Source: Octopus sinensis (lineage: Eukaryota). Taken from it: DNA of 64,000 nt. How positions within the stretch are numbered: the stretch's first letter is position 1; each line of letters starts with the position of its first letter. Position numbers and translations under genes: made by a program. Location: positions 156,178,001-156,242,000 of the forward strand of contig NC_042998.1 of assembly GCF_006345805.1 (NCBI RefSeq), in the 5' to 3' direction. The notes below the pieces were generated by a model. It made no database searches. It saw only the letters and a program-made list of their open reading frames with translations, and was not told where the DNA came from. Shown here piece after piece: positions 37,988 to 50,600 of this stretch.

Positions 37988-38368
37988 GGCGCGAGCGTGG
38001 CTGTGTGGTAAGATGCTTGCTTCCCAACCACATGATTTCCGGGTTCAGTTCCACTGCATGGCTCCTTTGGCAAGTGTCTTCTACTATAGGCTCGGCCCGA
38101 CCAAAGCTTTGTGAATGGATTTGGTAGGCGCGGAAACTGAAAGAAGCCCATCGTATTTATATGTGTGTCTGTCTGTCTGTCTGTTTGTCTTTCTGTCTAT
38201 GTTTGTCTCGCACCGGTGCCCTTGTAACCAGCGGTTCAGCAAAAGAGGCCGATAGAACAAGTACCAGGCTTTAAAAAAAAGTCCTGGGATCGAATCATTC
38301 GGCTAAAAAATTCTCCAAGCTGGTGTCCCAACATGGCCACAGTCTAATAACTGAAACAAGTAAAAACA
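37988..38368 (+). mobile_element. Family A CORE-type SINE abutting a CR1-like LINE
   Basis: GGCGCGAGCGTGGCTGTGTGGTAAG head, CTTTGGCAAGTGTCTT core-like motif, CTGAAACAAGTAAAA tail. Confidence 0.88.
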
Positions 38369-38369
38369 A

Positions 38370-39657
38370 TACTAAGCTCTTAGAACACTATGACTGGGTG
38401 TTGAAACAGCTGCTCAACCGCTCAAGTGTGGATGTGATATATCTCGACTTTGTAAAGGCTTTCAATAAAGTCGATCATGAAATGATATGTCACAAACTGC
38501 GTGATCTCGGCATAGTCGGGAAATGGGGAGAATGGCTGCATGACTTTCTGAAGGATAGAAATCAAGCAGTAGTAGCCAATGGGGCCACCTCTAATGACAC
38601 ACAAACAGTGAGTGGTATTCCGCAAGGCACTGTTTTGAGACCTCTACTATTCATAATGGCCCTCTCAGATATTCCCTCAGCCACACAAGTTATGCAGATG
38701 ATACAAAAGTCTAACAGGTGATACAGAAACCTGAAGACGCAATGCACCTGCAACGTAAGTTAGATTAAATATACAAGTGGGCTGAGAAGAATAGCATGCA
38801 GTTTAATACTGAAAGTCTCAAGCCCTATGCTATCAGCATGCAATACTAAATGCAGTACCAATTAAATACACCGGACCTGGAGGGATTGCAATCCCTGAGA
38901 CACAGTCAGTACAAGACCTGGGCATTTACATGTGTAATGATACATCCTTCCATGTGCATGTTGCTAAGTTGGCAATGAAATGGAGGCGGCTGATCGGATG
39001 GATTCTTAGAACTTTTAAAACGAGCGATCAGGAAACCATGATGGTCCTCTGGAGGACATTTATCGTAAGCTGCTTTGACTATTGCTCCCAGCTATGGTTA
39101 TCAACCAGTGTAAAATTAATTGCAGAACCTGAGATAATCCAACGAAGCTACACGATGAAGATAGCCTCTATGCAGCATAAAAGCTACTGGGAACGACTCA
39201 AGAGATTGAGACTTCATTCTCTGGAGCGCAGGCGGGAAAGATATACCGTAATATACATCTCGAAGATACTGGAGGGACTTGTCCCAAACCCTGGCATCGA
39301 GAGTTACACTGCATTGTACCAAAGACTCCAACTTTATAGAACAAGATATTGTAACAGCCTGGGCTTTAAAGGCCCACAGCTCTTCAATATCCTTCCGAAG
39401 GGCCAGAGGACCCTACATGGGGTGGATGTAGATGTCTTCAAACCGCAACTAGATCTCTTACTGTCAAGAGTCCCAGATGAGTCAACTTCATAGCAAGAAG
39501 TGCAAATGAGGGCATCGGCGCCAGACTCCCTCATGCACCAAATGTCAAGTTCCAAAAAGGATTAGTGAAGTAAAAATTATGTAGCAACACCAAATGTCGG
39601 TGCCCCAGCATGGCCACAGCTTGTGACCTGAAACTAGTTCAATTCAATTCAATTCAA
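38370..39657 (+). mobile_element. 5'-truncated CR1-group LINE (RT and 3' end)
   Basis: VDVIYLDFVKAFNKVDH, SGIPQGTVLRPLLF, DYCSQLW and LHSLERRRERY. Ends GGTGCCCCAGCATGGCCACAGC...CTGAAAC plus (TTCAA)4. Confidence 0.9.
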
Positions 39658-40909
39658 TATATAGCGTCAACCAAGTCAGCTGCATTGCATTAGAAGCTTT
39701 CCTTTTCATAAGTTGGTCAAAAGAGAAAAGACAGCGTACATAATTTTTGTAGATGCTTCCACACTGGTGAGTTTGAAAAAATACTTCCTCATGAATCTTG
39801 AGGAAATATTCATCCGGTGATACAGCTTCTATCATTATACATGCATAGGGTAGCCACTTATGACTCGGCATTAACGAACAAGTAGTAGAAAACAACTGAA
39901 TAATCCAATTCACAGAAAGACTGGAGGAAGATGTTATTTGATATAACAACCCATTGAAGTAAAGGCTACTTACAACACCAGATGTTTGGTATCGTACAAT
40001 ACTGTTGCTATTTGTGAAATGCCATATTACAAATAATACCTAGCACAAAGGGACATACTTTGAATAATGAATGTATTGCAATTTAGTATTCGACAACAAA
40101 TGGAACTGTGTTCTCCAAAATGGATAGGATTGCTTAATCATCAGGAATTACTTCTCTTTAGGAACATGGATACAAGAGAAGCTAAAGAGCAAATTAAAAA
40201 ATCTCCAATTATGGATGGCTGAAGTTTGAAATGTAATGGCAACCAGACACAAATCGCAAGAGTTCATTATAATCCAAGCGACTCTCCCTCTTCCCGATTC
40301 ACTGTTGCAAACATTTCAAAAACAACAGCAATTCCAGCACTGGAAAAGAACAAGCAGCAGCGGCGACAAAAGGAAAATAGAATTTAAAACAAAAACAAAA
40401 ATTACACACAAACAGTATCAAGTACTTCTGCGAAATGCTGCTACAGATGAACCCATGAAGAAGTACCCCTACAAAATATAAGTAACATTCAAGCAGATTC
40501 TGGTATAGAAACAAACACAAGTACATACGGATAGAACTTAAACTCTCTGTTCCCGCAAATGAGGAAGATTACGAGGGCAACAAAGAAGATTTCGATATAT
40601 GGTAGAGAGTAAAGAAACAGATGGCTGGACCTCCAATATCCAAAAGTTTGTAAGCGCCTGGACCAACAAATACCATAAAAGTGCGGTGAAGAATACGAGT
40701 CTAGTAACAAGATAAAACATAACTACCACAACAGCAACCGCTGCATGTGCCACAACAACACGTCGACACAACAGTAGAAGCAGCAATAGTACAAGTAACT
40801 TTAAAATGAGCTACGGTAAAAGTAACGACAAAAGGAGACAATGATAGCAACAAGACTGAAACTATGACCACATCAATGACCAAAGTAACACCACACAACA
40901 GAACTCCTC

Positions 40910-42080
40910 AGCTAGACCGGTTTTGATGGTAAGTCTATAGGGATAGGCGTCTTTTGTTGGTAGCCAAGGGTCTGATTAAAGTATTTAGGGTCTAAATCGG
41001 CTTGGATTTGTAGATGAGTAAAAACTGGAAATTCTGAGTAGGATGCTCAGTTTCTCTCAGAAATGGACTGAGGGGAAGCTGTTCATGAAAAGTCGGGCGG
41101 AAGAGGTTATAATTACATCGCTTAAGTCGTGCATTCTATGGTACATTGTCTCAAGAATATCTAACCAATTGTTATTTCGCTTTTCATGGACCATTTGTTA
41201 TTTCATTTTTCATGGAAGATCTAACACCAACAAATATTCCAGGGGTTCTTGAGATGACGCAGCTGATAAAACACAGCTACACGCCGAGTTCGTACCATCT
41301 ACAGAGATTGTTGAACAACGACAACAGTAAACAGGTATGATGACTGTCCGTGCGACATGCTTTCACATAGCTCGACAGAGGCCGAGATTGAGTGTTTGGT
41401 ACTTTGAATGTTCCCATGCATTCACTTGTACTGTACAATTTAGAGAATGCAGTCGGTGGAATGTTCGTATGTGGTAGAGGGTTAATGGAACGACAGAATC
41501 AGTGACGATGATCTGAGAACAATTTTGGGCAACAACAAGGATAGCCTGCATTGTAACTTCTGGGAAAAGGTCGAGAATTATGGATAATTACTTGATCTGA
41601 CTGTAATACAAGCGTGAGATGGGGTACACTTTCTCTTCGGGATAAACTTGACAAATACAGAACTACTTTTCAGCTGAATCTGTCCAGGTTTTTGTCAAAT
41701 AACTGCTGTCATTTGTAGTTCAGATCTGACTCTCGACCAAGTCTATCGTGATGACAACATACTGCTTTCCTTTGAGGAGTCTTTACTTTTCTTTGCCTGA
41801 TGGAGAAAGGGAAGTGGTAGACGCAGTGAAAAGATTTAAGAACAAGAGTTTTCCTCTTTGACCGAACAATCATAAACTCCTTTCGGTTTTATTTGAGCGG
41901 AAGTGGGGTCGTAAAAGATGGATAGGTGGCGCAGTTCTCCAGTATGTTTTACCAAAGTGGAGACTGACAAGGTTAAATGGACCTACTCTGACTATACAGT
42001 AAAGAAACTGGTAGGGAGCTCTTTGCTTTTGATGTATCAGAGTTATCCGAGGTTAGTGAGGAATAAGTTTTCCTTCCTAT
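40910..42080 (-). pseudogene. Very decayed non-LTR RT-like remnant
   Basis: Only scattered RT-like peptides (for example LSLLFNNL) in broken frames. Confidence 0.25.
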
Positions 42081-43136
42081 AACACTGTGACATCAGTTGT
42101 GGTAGTCGAGGTTACGATAAAATTTTTTAAAAAGCAGTCTAATTAAAAAAGGAAAAGATTATCAAATGCTTGAAAAAAAATTCCACAATATGATTGATGA
42201 ATAATGAGACAGAAATGGAAACATTAAAAATATTAGGAAAACACATGGAATAATTGTGTTGTGTCGGCAACTTCTGTCATAGAGTAAGAACGATCTTACG
42301 GGACCAGCATGTCTAGTCAACAACCCTGTAGCCATCGTGCTTCAGTTGCCACGGTACGGTTTCCCTACATGGGCTCATTGAACAGCTATACCTTCATACC
42401 TTAGCACACGTATCTTCGGGCAATTAAGTTTTCGTGTTTAGCGTCGAAGAGATTTACCGTTTGAGCCGATGTTATAACATCGTTACGAAGACCATGTTTC
42501 TAACTTATCTATTAATTATCCCTCCACTCTAACACTTTCTACTGTTATTCCCTTACTTTGTCTTGCCGATTCTACTCTTCAATGAAGGCTGAGATCAGTT
42601 GACACTAGCACTTAGGAAGAATAATTGCACGTGCATCTTATCGCTAATAATTCTCTTTCTGAATATTTTCCAACAATGGGCTTAATGTTTTACTATTCCT
42701 TTTTGATCTGAACGAATAATTGTTGCATTTCTTCTCCCGATACAGATTGCAAGTTCGAAACCAACTTGTGTTTAATAACTATTTGTCCATGGTGTTGGTT
42801 TTGGCAACACTGTCTTACATCCACGTATTTAAAGCTTTGGTTTCAAGTTACTTGGGTGTTAAGATTTCATAATTGCCTTTCATTTCATATAGCTTTTCTT
42901 TAAAAATAAAAGCGCCTGTTTCACATTCTGATACTATGGTACAGGTTTTCCACAAACTTCACACTTCATTCTCCAGGTTAACATTCGATTATCTTCTAAG
43001 TTAATTTCTTTATAACTCTGCACTATATGCGAAGATACTTTTCTAAGATATGCACTCATTATTTTATATATTTCTACTTATGAACGTTTTTGTTCCCAAT
43101 TGTGATTCAGAGAAATTTGCAAAATAATGTGGTTTG

Positions 43137-43783
43137 GGATCTTTTCCTTTTGAACGGCAGACAATTTCTAGTTAACTAAACACTTTAAAACTTCGTATAC
43201 TGGTAGAATGTGTCAAAATAAAACGTTTTTTCTCTTGGCTTTCTTGAGAAAATTGTAATTTGTTTGTTTAACATAGTTTAATTTTTCGAATTTTAACCAA
43301 TCCTATGCTCTCTTTTGAGCTAAAATCATTTGCTGCGTCTAAAACTGAGACAACATCCTGTAACTAACCCTAAACCTCTCCCCTAACCCTAACCCTAACC
43401 CTAATCTTTTTTTCTTAATTGTTAAATTAATTTAATTGTTACGCGTGTAAAAAAAAAACTAAGCAATGGAATTAAATTAATTTAATAATTAAGAAAGAAA
43501 AAAATTAGGGTTAGGGTTAGGGGAGAGGTTTAGGGTTAGTTACAGGATGTTGTCTCAGTTTTAGACGCAGCAAATGATTTTAGTTGAATGGAGGTAATCG
43601 ATTGGTTAAAATTGTCGAAATGCTCGGATTTTCAGACGAAATATCTTACAAACTATAGAATTTTCTCAATAGAACCAAGAGAAAATGATGTTTTATAAAC
43701 ACATTCTACCAGTATACGAAGTTTAAAAGTGTTTAGTTAACTAGAAATTGTGTTGACATCTGCCGTTCAAAAGGAAAAGATCC
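43137..43783. mobile_element. Merlin-like fold-back MITE containing TTAGGG repeats
   Basis: Termini GGATCTTTTCCTTTTGAACGGCAGA...TCTGCCGTTCAAAAGGAAAAGATCC with a perfect 8-bp TSD GTGGTTTG (43129-43136, 43784-43791). Palindromic almost to the centre. (CCCTAA)n and (TTAGGG)n in the arms. Confidence 0.9.
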
Positions 43784-44466
43784 GTGGTTTGTAATTTAGT
43801 TTATAATTTCGTTAGCTGTTCAATATGTTAAGCAGCGACCGGAATCAATGGGTAACTTTTGTTGTTATTGTTTCTTACACTCGGGTCAGCTCTGATCAGG
43901 CAAGTTCTGATGCAAGTTCTGAGCATCTTTACTTTTGTTTCCAGGCGTGGTATATCAAAAACTACATTATGCAATGTGATCTCCCTTTTATTTAATGGTA
44001 AGGTATCATTTGAGAGTATGATCTACTGTGGTGAGGTATCATTTAAGGTGTGATCGACCATACTTCTCACTGGTTTATGAAATATCTCGTTGGTTCATGA
44101 ATCTATAGTTTATTATGACAACGATATTGATGACGAAGTTTGTCACAGCTTTCTGTGCTAGATCCTACAACCTTGATATAAGAAACTGAGTCAAAGTTAC
44201 CCTTTGTATCAGATGATATTTTCAGACTACAGCAGATGAAGTAAAAGATGATTTGGCAAGAAGGAATTTGGATTTCAGTTAATTTCATTCCTGACTGCTT
44301 CTTATAGAGTCGATAAAAGAATGTTGAGAAGTTGTTTTGTTACATCGAAATAAATCTTAGTGTTTTTGGTTGTTGTATCCATGTTTGTCATCGTAATCTA
44401 AGTTGTACCCAATGAGATGAGAAATAATTTCTCAATGTTAAGATATTAAGAATTAAAATCGTATTG

Positions 44467-44948
44467 GAGCAGGCGTGGCTGTGTGGTAAGGCCCATAAAG
44501 TTTACTTCATAACCACATGATTTGGGGGATCATTCCACCGTGTAGCATTTTGGGCTAGTGTCTTCTTCTACAGTTCCATGCCGATCAAAGCCTTGTGAGA
44601 GAATTTGGTAGGGAAGAACAGAAAAAAAAACCTGTTGTATATATGTGTTTATTTATGTGCATGTGTTTGTGTGTGCGCGTGTGTGTGTGCGTGTGTGTGT
44701 GTGTGTGTGTGTTTGTCTTTATGATTGTGTCTGTCCCCACCACCATTTGACAACTAATGTTGGTTTGTGTATGCTTCCGCAAGCTGGCGGTTCGGCAAAA
44801 GAGACCTATTGAATAATTTCTTATAGTTTCTGAATAAGTACCGGACTTTAAAAAACAAATTTTAGGGTCGATTTGTCCGACTGAAACCCCGAAGGGTTTT
44901 TTTTCAGGAACTCCGTATGGTCGCAGTTCACTGACTGAAACAAAAGAT
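44467..44948 (+). mobile_element. Family A CORE-type SINE, decayed
   Basis: GCAGGCGTGGCTGTGTGGTAAG head, internal (TG)n, TGACTGAAACAAAAGA tail. Confidence 0.8.
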
Positions 44949-45269
44949 GAAGCGTGTGTCTGCATGTATGTATGTATGTATGTATGTATGTATGTATGTA
45001 TGTATGTATGTATGTATGTATGTATGTATGTATATGTGTGTGTGTGTGTATATATATACACACATACATATATACATACATATATACATACATACATACA
45101 CACATACATATACACACATACATATTTAATAATTTGGACTAATAGGTATATGTCAATTAGTGTGTGGAAGTATTTAGTAGAGCACTGACACAGTTTGGGC
45201 TACCTGGTATCATCCGCAGTTAGGGTAATCCGTTGGATCTACTTCAGGAACTCCGCAGTCTTAGTTGAG

Positions 45270-45601
45270 ATAATAATCATAATTTCTTAAGTAACCAGAA
45301 GGTGGATTTGGTATTAATCTTTATTTTGTACAACAGTCGTTTCGACCCATCCTGCTACTGTCCCTTACGGGTGGGACTCAGTTCAACATGTTGTATTTAA
45401 TCCATTTTGCAGTCTAGGTCACATCAGGTACATCCATACATAAAGTTGTGTCTCTCTAAAGATCCTTACGGGTAGTCATGTTGTTATATGTCATGGGCAT
45501 ATCACCCGTAAGGGACAGTAGCAGGATGGGTCGAAACGACTGTTGTACAAAATAAAGATTAATACCAAATGCACCTTCTGGTTACTTAAGAAATTATTAT
45601 C

Positions 45602-45604
<3 letters not shown>
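45270..45604. repeat. Small fold-back built around an HHR unit
   Basis: 45270-45373 is the reverse complement of 45503-45604. Confidence 0.88.
45327..45432 (-). ncRNA. Type I hammerhead ribozyme, A9U variant, long loop II
   Basis: TGTAC-CTGATGT-GACC...GGTC-GAAA-CGACTG-TT-GTACA; 5-bp stem I, 4-bp stem II. Confidence 0.65.
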
Positions 45605-45679
<75 letters not shown>

Positions 45680-45897
45680 GTAGTGCACCTGAGCACTGTA
45701 CACAATGTTTTTATTATTATTATTATAAAGAGACAAAATAGATATCAGTTTATGAACCAGAAGGGTTAATCATGTCTCGGTTATTGAGGAACATAAATTG
45801 TTTTCCTTTTTTTTGGCGCATTCGACTAGATGATACTTTCTATAACATTTTTTCCTATATATAGTTTTTGTTTGTATATATGTTTCTATGTGTGTGC

Positions 45898-45937
<40 letters not shown>

Positions 45938-46185
45938 TATATATATATACTTACATGTTTCTTAATGTATATATGGTCATGAACATTGAAACATTCATTA
46001 ACAAACACTCTGAAACATAAATACACACGCGTCTCCACTTTTACATTGCTATTGCCATTTTCTATTTCCTAAAAATATAAACTACTTTCCGCTTAGGTAG
46101 CATTTAAATATTTTGGCTAAAGCTGTTTGAAAAACTATCGACAAGAAAGGTATTGAAGCACATTGTACCTGCCTCGTGCTTTCGG

Positions 46186-46210
46186 TTACGTCATTGTTGT
46201 TCATGGCAAC
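46186..46210. promoter_or_regulatory. Candidate CRE-like site plus X-box-like motif
   Basis: TTACGTCA followed by GTTGTTCATGGCAAC in a locally CpG-richer patch. Confidence 0.25.
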
Positions 46211-46835
46211 CAGCTTAGCAGCGATATCGCTATCGGCTACATCGCATCTTTGCCGGCTACTGTTTGAGATTATCGTTATTGATGCTTGTTGTACTTTTGT
46301 TCTTTCTTCGTTGCTGGCACTTTCGTCATTGTAGTTACTGTGTTGTTGCTCTTACCAACTATTTAGACATGAAAAGGAGTTGGATAGCAACATCACCAGA
46401 GTTGGATAAAATGCTTGGCAATATTTAGTCATAAACTTTAACGAAATGAGTTCAAGTCTTCCTTTACTGTGGTTGTTTATCCCAGGTGATGTAGTATAGG
46501 ATGTAAATGAAGCTCAGAGTAATGGAGTATTGATGAGATATTTTGTTCAGCCAATTTACTATTATAAGAGTGATTTATATTATTTATTATGGTAATTATT
46601 CTCCCGAGTAGACTTTGTAATCAACGTCGGTTGGTCATCAATTTATAACGTGTTCGAACTTGGAAAAGATAATAAATACATATTTTTTTTCGTAGGAATC
46701 TATGGTGATAAACCCGTCACTTATAACTTAATTATAAGTATTATCACTATACATATATCTTAACTCAGGCTGCGTAAACGCCGTGATGAATTATACACAC
46801 CAAGACGCTGAACGTGCATGTATGTTGAAGATAAA

Positions 46836-47419
46836 TATAGCTCGCTCTTTTTCACAGCTATAATAACAGTTCCATAGTTGCAGAAATAAATTTTATTAAG
46901 AGATTGAAGAAAAAAAAATTATTTACTAAATTAGTTTATTTACGTACATTTAATATTTACGGTACATTTTATAAGTCGAAGAAAATTGTCGTAGAGAGTT
47001 ACGACATAAAATTATATTAACTAATTCTTCCATACTAAGCTACTAGAGTTTTACACAACAATTCAAGAAAGCCTTGTTGAATTAATTAATAGACATGGCA
47101 TAAAAATAGCCAATATCTCAAGAGAGTGAGTGTTGTGGAAATGAGTGACAACCAACTATCATTGAGAGTGAGTGTCGTGGAATCGAGTGACAACCAACGA
47201 ACACTGACTAATATCCGAAAAATCCGGGTTTTTATAACTGCTCATACCTGATTTCTAAGAACTGCATTTCGTGAAATATTTCTCTTTGACGAAAGTTTAG
47301 AATTCAAATATGGCAATAATTTTAACCAATGGGAAACTAACAATTATGCCTATTCGGGCAACATGACGATTCCCTCATATTACCGCCGATAAAGGTTTAT
47401 TATGACTTGCGTCGCTACA
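46836..47419 (-). mobile_element. Possible solo LTR
   Basis: Minus strand starts TGTAGCGACGC and ends GCGAGCTATA (imperfect inverted end). TATAAAA precedes AATAAA. Internal 40-bp tandem repeat. No clean TSD or PPT. Confidence 0.35.
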
Positions 47420-47464
47420 TAAGCCCTCAACCAGAAAAATTGTTAAAATTTTGCGAAAAAAGGA

Positions 47465-47527
47465 ATGATTTTGATTTTGATTTTCCAGTTTCAGCTAATG
47501 AGCTGTGGCCATGCTGGGGCACCGCCA
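47465..47527 (-). mobile_element. Isolated LINE/SINE 3' tail with (AAAATC)n
   Basis: Reverse complement GGCGGTGCCCCAGCATGGCCACAGCTCATTAGCTGAAAC matches the CR1 3' end at 39598. Confidence 0.75.
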
Positions 47528-47639
47528 TTATTAAAAAGTATGTGTGACATCGCCAGAGAGAATTTGTTTGTTTGATAGCGGTAACCACACGGCTAAGCTC
47601 ACACACATATTTCAATATATAGTTGGAAATAATACTTTT

Positions 47640-50600
47640 AGCAAGTCAAATATACAAATTTACAAATGTATCCACATGTTAAGCAAATGAAAATAACCGC
47701 GCATCACGGTTTTACAATAATACAGCGTTCTTGTAAGGTTTATCAAATTGTTCAATATAATTTCTCTGGAAAAAATTATAAAATCTTTAAAAAAAAAATC
47801 CAGGAATATAAAAGTCCATGAGGAATATATTAAAACAAACTGAGAAAGTCTTTTGGCAAAATGTACAATTCTACCACTTCTAGTTTTCTTTACGCTAGTA
47901 GGCGATTTTAAAATTGACTTGTGGATCTTTTCCTCAACCTTAAGTTCGCTGTTTTGTGAATTGTTCTGTTTCGAGTTATTTTGAAATGTGTTGCTCAAAT
48001 TTTTATTTTCATGACATGACATGGTCGAAATAAACTTTTTTTTATTTCTGTCTAAACTGACAATTTCCTTTTTACCATGCATATCTTTAATTGACAAAAC
48101 TTTAAAAGGTCCAGTGTATTTATAATTCAGTGAATGATGACTGGCATCATTACGTACAAATACATGAGTCCAAGAATTAATATCGAAAAGGACGAAACTT
48201 TTGATATTTTGTAATTTATTTGTAAAAGAAGGAATATCAGAAAGAAATCTTTTGAGTCGGGTTACATAATTGCTAATATCTCCATTAAAAGAATTGGTTT
48301 CTTCAAACATTTGACCAGATAGAGTTAATGTTGTTCCGTACAGAAGTTCAGCAGGAGAATATTGCAAACTTTTTTAACAGCATTCCTGATTCCTAGCAAT
48401 GTCACTGGTAAAGCTTCTAACCAACTGTTAGAATCAGAATAAGTTCTTAATGAAGATTTCAACTGCCTATGAAACCTTTCTATCATGCCGTTAGATTGTG
48501 GATGATAGGAAGTAGTACGAATTCTATGAATTCCCAACAACTTGTTAAATTCTGCAAAACGTGTAGACTCAAAATGTCTTCTACGATCTGTCGTCAATGA
48601 GTTGGGTATGCCGAATCTGGATATCCAATTGGTAAATAAGGTTTTTGCTATAGTTACCGTAGATATGTCTTTGACTGGATAAGCTTCTGGCCGTAGTGAA
48701 AAATGATCTATACATGTTGATAAAAAAACTATTACCTTCCACAGGAGGCAATGGTCCAACCATGTCAATATAAATGTGTTGGAATCTGGCATCAGAATTT
48801 GAAAAAGTACCTAATGGTGCTTTAATGTGATGATTTACTTTTGCTCTTTGGCACTGCATACACGATTGAACCCAAGAACGAATATCCTTATTCATACCAG
48901 GCCAAACAAATCGACTCGATATTAATTTTAAAGAAGCTCCAATGCCAGGATGAGATAAATTATGCCAAGTAGAAAAAACAAATTTTCTATGCTTTTCAGG
49001 CACAAATGGTCAAGAAAATCCTGTAGAAATATCACACCAAATATGTGATTTATAAGAATGAATCGGCAATAATTGAAATTTCAAAGAAGTAGAACTGCAA
49101 TCTTTATATAAAGAAAATTCTTTATCAGTAGTTTGATCTTTAGACACTTCTTCTAAATTGATAGCACTTAATGAACGCAATGCATCAATATTCATTCGAG
49201 ACAGTGCATCAGCTGCAGAATTTTCAATACTCTTGATACACCGTATATCCACAGTATACTGTGAAATATAATCAAGGTGTCTAATTTCTCTGGGAGAATA
49301 TTTTTCAGAAGAATTTTTTAGTGCATGTGTCAATGGTTTATAGTCAGTAAATAATGTGAATGACCTACCTTCAAGAAGATGTCTGAAGTACTTAGTTGAC
49401 AAGTAAACTATCAACAATTCTCTGCCGAAAACATTGTATTTCGTTTCTGGTGCCTTAAATGTTTTTTGAAAAGACTAATAATAGTTGCCAAAAACTACAA
49501 TTAAACTGTTGTAAAACTCCACCGATTCCAACATCGGAAGCATCAACTACCAACGATAATTTTGCCTCAGGAACCGGATGGTTTAAGAGTGTTGCTTCTC
49601 ATTTTATGCAATGAAAAGCTTGTAATTCTCCATCTTTTAAAGTTATAGCTTAATTTTTCTTTTTCTTATTCTTTAATAACTAAGTTATAGGAAATAAACT
49701 TTCTCTGCAATGTGGAATGAAACGTCTGTAAAATTTAATGATTCTTAAAAATTCTCGAAGCTTTCTGGAAATTTGTTAATAGCTTCAACTTTGTCTAGCA
49801 GTGGGTGAATTCCATCTTTATCAATGTGATGACCTAAAAAAGATATAGTGTGTCCACCGAAAACACACTTTGATGGATTTATCACTATACCATTCTTTCG
49901 AAAATTTGTTTTAAGTGATTTTCATGAACTTCTGAGCAATGAGAATATCGTCTATATAATGTGAATGACCTACCTTCAAGAAGATGTCTGAAGTACTTAG
50001 TTGACAAGTAAACTATCAACAATTCTCTGCCGAAAAGGTAAATCTCTTGTTACTTCGTTGATGAATCTCTGGAAAGTATTTGCTGCGTTCATCAATCCGA
50101 AAGGCATACGAAGGAAATCATACAACCCAAATGGAGTTGCAATTACTGTTTTTGGTATATCATTCTCTTCAATAAGAATTTGATTGTATGCTCTAACTAA
50201 ATCTATCTTGGAATATATATTACAACCACTCAACGAAGCTGCAAAATCATGGATATGAGGAATTGGATATTTGTCCTCTTGTGTTTTTGCATTAACTATC
50301 TAAAATCTTCTCGTGGACGCCTATCTGTGAGATTTTTTTTTTTTACCAAAACTAAAGGTGTAGACCAGTTACTGCTAGGAGGACGAATTAATCCGATGTC
50401 TAACATGTAACGAAATTCGGCCTCAGCAATCTTTAATTTCTCTGGAGATAGTCTACGAGGTTTGGTAAAACTTGGTGGTCCATGAGTTACAATGTGATGA
50501 GTGACTGAATGAACACATTTGGTGTTTGGAGCTAATGGCTTTGTAATTTCAGGGTAATCCTTCAAAATCCTGTGATTTTCGGAGGACGCCATAAAATATA

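Noticed and set aside
42585-42612. TCAATGA-AGGCTGAGATCAGTT-GACA hairpin
   Set aside because: Both core strands are mutated; too degenerate to call.
43365-43540. Telomere or telomere-fusion site
   Set aside because: Only a few repeats, lying inside a TIR element with a TSD.
47121-47200. CRISPR-like repeat
   Set aside because: A two-unit tandem repeat with no spacers, in eukaryotic DNA.
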